A DNA stretch of 63,914 nucleotides, filler included, from Octopus bimaculoides (Eukaryota): the NCBI RefSeq assembly GCF_001194135.2. It is 4 parts of 4 records of this genome, joined end to end, with 100 filler letters (N's around TTAATTAATTAA, not from the genome) between each part and the next. Parts side by side here need not be neighbours in the genome. Positions count along the whole stretch, not along the records: positions 44,586 to 59,986 come from NC_069008.1; positions 60,087 to 63,914 come from NC_069003.1; 2 more parts are not named here. One strand, written 5' to 3'. Both the position numbers and the translations under genes were made by a program. Shown one piece after another: positions 59,401 through 63,914 of this stretch. How positions within the stretch are numbered: the first letter of the stretch is position 1; every line of letters begins with the position of its first letter. A model generated the notes under the pieces. That model was given only the letters and a program-made list of their open reading frames with translations. It did no database searches and was not told the origin of the DNA.

Positions 59401-59931
59401 CAGCAAACCTTCGCCAGACGCAGACACTTCAAGAGACGAAACCAATTATCGCTGTTCATTCATCAAACGTGTCTGTTTCGTTGAGTGTCACGCTGTCACG
59501 TGACAGGGATCAATTGGATTTCGTTATATTTTCATTGCTTGTTTTATTTTCAATTTAACATTTTTTATAAATTTTTTTTTATTATCATCATCTTTATTAT
59601 TCATTATTACATTCCTTTTGTTATTATTATTATTATTGTTGTTGTTTCTTGTTTTTTCTTCTTCTTTTCTATAGCCTACTCAGAAAAATTGCGTGGGTGT
59701 TTATGATATAAATTCAGAGTTTATTTATGTATTTTCCTCATCTTTCGGTTGCCTTGCAGCTTCTCTCTCAACTCTCCCGACTTTATATATATGTATGTAT
59801 ATATATATGTGCATGCATGTATATGTATGTACATGTATGTGTATATGTATGTGTATATGTATGTGTATATGTATGTATATATGTGTGTATATATATATGT
59901 GTATATATGTGTATATATATGTATATATGCG

Positions 59932-59968
<37 letters not shown>

Positions 59969-60099
59969 ATATATATATATATATATNNNNNNNNNNNNNN
60001 NNNNNNNNNNNNNNNNNNNNNNNNNNNNNNTTAATTAATTAANNNNNNNNNNNNNNNNNNNNNNNNNNNNNNNNNNNNNNNNNNNNAGAATTGGACATA

Positions 60100-60263
60100 G
60101 TGTGCAGGTATAGTATGAAGCTTGCTTCCCAACCACATGGTTCCAGGTTCAGTCTCACTGCATGGCAGCTTGGGCAAGTGTCTTCTACCACAGCCTCAGG
60201 CCGACCAAAATTTTGTGAATGGATTTGGTAGACGGAAACTGAAGGAAGCCTATTGTATATCTG

Positions 60264-60304
<41 letters not shown>

Positions 60305-60560
60305 NNNNNNNNNNNNNNNNNNNNNNNNNNNNNNNNNNTGTGTGTGTGTGTGTGTCATTGTGTCTGTGATTATCCCCCCCCCCACCGCTTGACAGCCAGT
60401 GCTGGTGTGTTTATATATATGTAACTTAGTGGTTTGGCAAAAGACACTGATAGATTAAATATGAGGCTTATAAAAAATAAGTACTGGGGTTAATACATTC
60501 GACTAAAAATCCTTCAAGGCAGTACCCCACCATGGCCACAGTCTAATGATTGAAACAACA
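60100..60560 (+). mobile_element. OR2-like CORE-SINE with a gap in its internal microsatellite
   Basis: CORE motif at about 60170, tail at about 60540. Confidence 0.8.
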
Positions 60561-60576
60561 CATGGATGTATATATA

Positions 60577-61368
60577 CAGGGTGTGGTGAAATAACATGGA
60601 CATCTCATTTTAACATATATTTACCAAAATGACATAAAAATATCTTGAAATACTAAAAATATCTTGAAATTTAATTAAATCACTATTGGCTTTAACCATG
60701 GCCTCCAGATGACTTCGGATTCTCCTGAAACTCTTCTGGACCATCTCCTTGATTAAGTTGGTGAATGCTGCCATAATCCTTTCTTTCAGTTCATCTTTTG
60801 TTGGTCTCTTACTCAACTGCACCCCACACATAATAATCAAGGAGGTTGCAGTCTGGAGAGTTAGGTGGCCAGATGTTAGAGGTAATGTGGTTGCAGAAAT
60901 TGTCTGACAGCCATGACTGGGTTCTCCTGCTTGTGTGACATAGTACAGAGTCCTGTTGTCAGACATAGGGTCTTTCAGCAGCCACCCTCTTGATCCAGGG
61001 TAGCACTACCTCCTCCAGTCACTTGATGTAGGCCTCCGTGTTGAGTTTGAGGCTGTGTGGAAAGATGAATGGAAGCATAACATCATCATCACTAATGATC
61101 ACTCCAAACACCATGATGTTGACTGGATGTTTGATTTTTATCACTCTTGGTACATGTTTGTATTGGAGCTTCTGGCATGAATGCCAAACAGTACAGCATG
61201 TCATTTCCAAATTTCTGGCAAAAGTGAATTATGTCATGGTGCTGTTTTTCTCACAAATAGTTCCCAATTGACCCTACTATACTGTGTAGTCAGCAAAATG
61301 AAAAACAAACAATGCGCATGCGCAAAATTAAAAATATAAAATGGTGACAATTTACCCATGACACCCTG
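60577..61368 (-). mobile_element. Second internally deleted maT (DD37D) element, both ends present
   Basis: TA|CAGGGTGT...ACACCCTG|TA; QQD-SVLCHTSRRTQSWLSDNFCNHITSNIWPPNSPDCNLL-D has 37 residues between the two D's. Confidence 0.9.
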
Positions 61369-61929
61369 TATATATATANNNNNNNNNNNNNNNNNNNNNN
61401 NNNNNNNNNNNNNNNNNNNNNNNNNNNNNNNNNNNNNNNNNNNNNNNNNNNNNNNNNNNNNNNNNNNNNNNNNNNNNNNNNNNNNNNNNNNNNNNNNNNN
61501 NNNNNNNNNNNNNNNNNNNNNNNNNNNNNNNNNNNNNNNNNNNNNNNNNNNNNNNNNNNNNNNNNNNNNNNNNNNNNNNNNNNNNNNNNNNNNNNNNNNN
61601 NNNNNNNNNNNNNNNNNNNNNNNNNNNNNNNNNNNNNNNNNNNNNNNNNNNNNNNNNNNNNNNNNNNNNNNNNNNNNNNNNNNNNNNNNNNNNNNNNNNN
61701 NNNNNNNNNNNNNNNNNNNNNNNNNNNNNNNNNNNNNNNNNNNNNNNNNNNNNNNNNNNNNNNNNNNNNNNNNNNNNNNNNNNNNNNNNNNNNNNNNNNN
61801 NNNNNNNNNNNNNNNNNNNNNNNNNNNNNNNNTATATGCAGATGTACATATGTATTCACACTTTCAGTCACATTTAGTTGCAATACATGATTGGTAGTGA
61901 AAACAATAAAATCTTTTAATTATACATAG

Positions 61930-62290
61930 GCACAGGTATGGCTGTGTGGTAAGAAGTTTGCTTCCTAACCACATTATTCCAGGTTCAGTCCTACTGCATG
62001 GTACTTTGGGCTGTAGCTTCTTGTTGACCAATGCCATGTGATTGGATTTAAAGGTTAGAAACTGAAAGAAGCCCATTATGTGTGTATGTTTGTCCCCCAC
62101 CACTGCTTGACATCCAGTGTTGATGTGTTTACATTCCTGTAACTTAGCAGTTTCACAAAAGCGAATGACAGAATAAGTACCAGGCTTCAATAAAAAAATA
62201 TGTTCTGGAGTTGATGCATCTGAATAGAATTCATCAAAATAGTGCCCCAGCATGGCCAGAGTCTAAGTGACTGAAACGAGTAAAAAAATA
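61930..62290 (+). mobile_element. OR2-like CORE-SINE
   Basis: Full head-to-tail homology. Confidence 0.8.
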
Positions 62291-62834
62291 AACGATAGAA
62301 GATTAATACATATTTGCCTGGTGGCAAACGACAAATGTGCAAGTGTCTAAATCTATTTAGAGATTATTGGATTCATACCAGCTCGGGAATGTAGAATATT
62401 AAGAAATGTATTGATCTTAAAAATTGTTATTATAGTTTGGTATTTGGAAACACTCACTTATAATTTTGCTTTTAACTTGATGTTTTTCAGTTGTCCTACT
62501 GACATTGTTCATTGTAGCCAAATTTATTTATAGTAAATATATTTACCTCTCTATCAGAGTCTAATTATGACTCCCTAGAAACAACAAAACTTGTTTCAAC
62601 ACAAATTCACATGAAGAATCTTGCTAATCAGACATGAAAACTAATTATGGAGTTTAACTATGTAAATTATGATTTCTGAGAATATATTGTGGTCCAGTTT
62701 TTGTGTCCAATGGAAATGTAGGTAGTATCATGTTTTTTAAAAGCTACTGCTTTTCCTTCTCCAAACTCTATATCTATATAGATATACATATATATCATAT
62801 ATATATATATATATATATCATATATCTATATATC

Positions 62835-63605
62835 TTTTATCTTTTACTTGTCTCAGTTGTTAGGCTGCGGCCATGCTGGGGCACTACCTTGAGGAATTTT
62901 AGTTGAATGAATCAACCTCAGTACTTATTTTATTTCTAAGTTTTGTCCTTATTCTATTATTCCATTTTGCTGAATTGCTAAGTTATGGGGATGTAAACAC
63001 ACCAAGACTGGTCATCAAGTGATGGTGGTGGGCAAACAGCCACAAAGACACACATATATATATAATATATATACATACATTTATATATATATCATCGTCG
63101 TCATCATCATCATCGTTTAACGTCCGCTTTCTATGCTAGGGTTGGACGATTTGACTGATGACTGGTGAACCAGGTGGCTTCACCAGGCTCCAATCTGATT
63201 TGGCAGAGTTTCTACAGCTCGATGCCCTTCCTAACGCCAACCATTCCGAGAGTGTAGTGGGTGCTTTTACGTGCCACCGGCATGAAGGCCAGTCAGGCGG
63301 TACTGGCAATGGCCACGCTTGAAATGGTGTCTTTTATGTGCCACCTGCACGAGAGCCAGTCCAGCGGCACTGGCAACGATCTCGCTCGAATGTCTTTACA
63401 CATGCCACCGGCACAAGTGCCAGGGCACAGGTGCCAGGGCACAGGTGCCATCGACTGGCTTTTTTCACTTTCCATCTATCAAATCCACTCACAAGGCTGT
63501 GGTTAGCCAGAGGCTATTGAAGACACTTGCCCAAGGTGCCACATAGTAAGATTGAACCTAGAACCATGTGATTGGGAAACAAACTTCTTACCACACAGCC
63601 ATGCC
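62835..63605 (-). mobile_element. OR2-like SINE with a (GAT)n-tailed retroposon (63091-63445) nested in its internal microsatellite
   Basis: 3' half 62835-63050, TA-rich patch, inserted element matching 1-227, then 5' half 63460-63605. Confidence 0.8.
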
Positions 63606-63914
63606 TACACCTGTCTGTTCATTCATTTCACATTTGTTTTGCCATGTTAACATGGGTTGGCGAAATGCATATCAAGGCATAGTTTTATGGCTAGATGCCC
63701 TTTCTGTTGCCAACCCTTACCTGCATTTCAAGTAAGACATTATTTATTCTGCTTGTCAGAGAAAGTGCAGAGGTAGAGGACAGTTTTTTGACAGAATGTC
63801 AAGAAGCATCACTGATTTTTGTTTTTAGTTTCCACATGAAGTGCTGAATGTAAACATTCATACAAACTCATGCACAGTCACTGACTCACTTTTACATACA
63901 TACCCTCCTATATA

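Noticed and set aside
59493-59506. 14-bp palindrome CTGTCACGTGACAG containing an E-box
   Set aside because: Single occurrence with no supporting context.
58152-59558. 468-aa His/Thr-rich ORF and similar ORFs (50000..50521, 56073..56570, 59693..60034 and others)
   Set aside because: They are translations of (ACC)n, (GAT)n, (CA)n, (TA)n tracts and N gaps, which lack stop codons by composition.

Overview
AT-rich, microsatellite-saturated animal genomic scaffold with many N gaps. It is most likely an octopus: tandem effector-less C2H2 zinc-finger genes plus OR1/OR2-like SINEs (inference, not provable from the window). The first 13.6 kb hold three paralogous C2H2-ZNF units. A (+) has 13 fingers plus 2 lost to a frameshift, B (+) has 22 fingers with a 7-finger internal duplication, and C (-) carries three lesions and lies tail-to-tail with B. 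A and B share a non-coding exon 1 donor, an acceptor, a 5' leader, and a start codon that sits inside a decayed finger. The rest is mostly transposon relics: Penelope GIY-YIG fragments, a full-length DD36E Tc1-like element, two DD37D maT deletion derivatives, mariners, a Helitron Rep fragment, a Gypsy RT fragment, hAT and piggyBac-like MITEs and several modular SINE families. One orphan exon looks like the C-terminus of a PDGF/VEGF-type cystine knot. The most unusual signal is about 11 minimal type-I hammerhead-ribozyme motifs of at least four sequence types. These include a decayed tandem array of about 6 same-strand hammerheads at 45.3-46.8 kb and a (TA)n-adjacent family with a variant CUGUYGA core.
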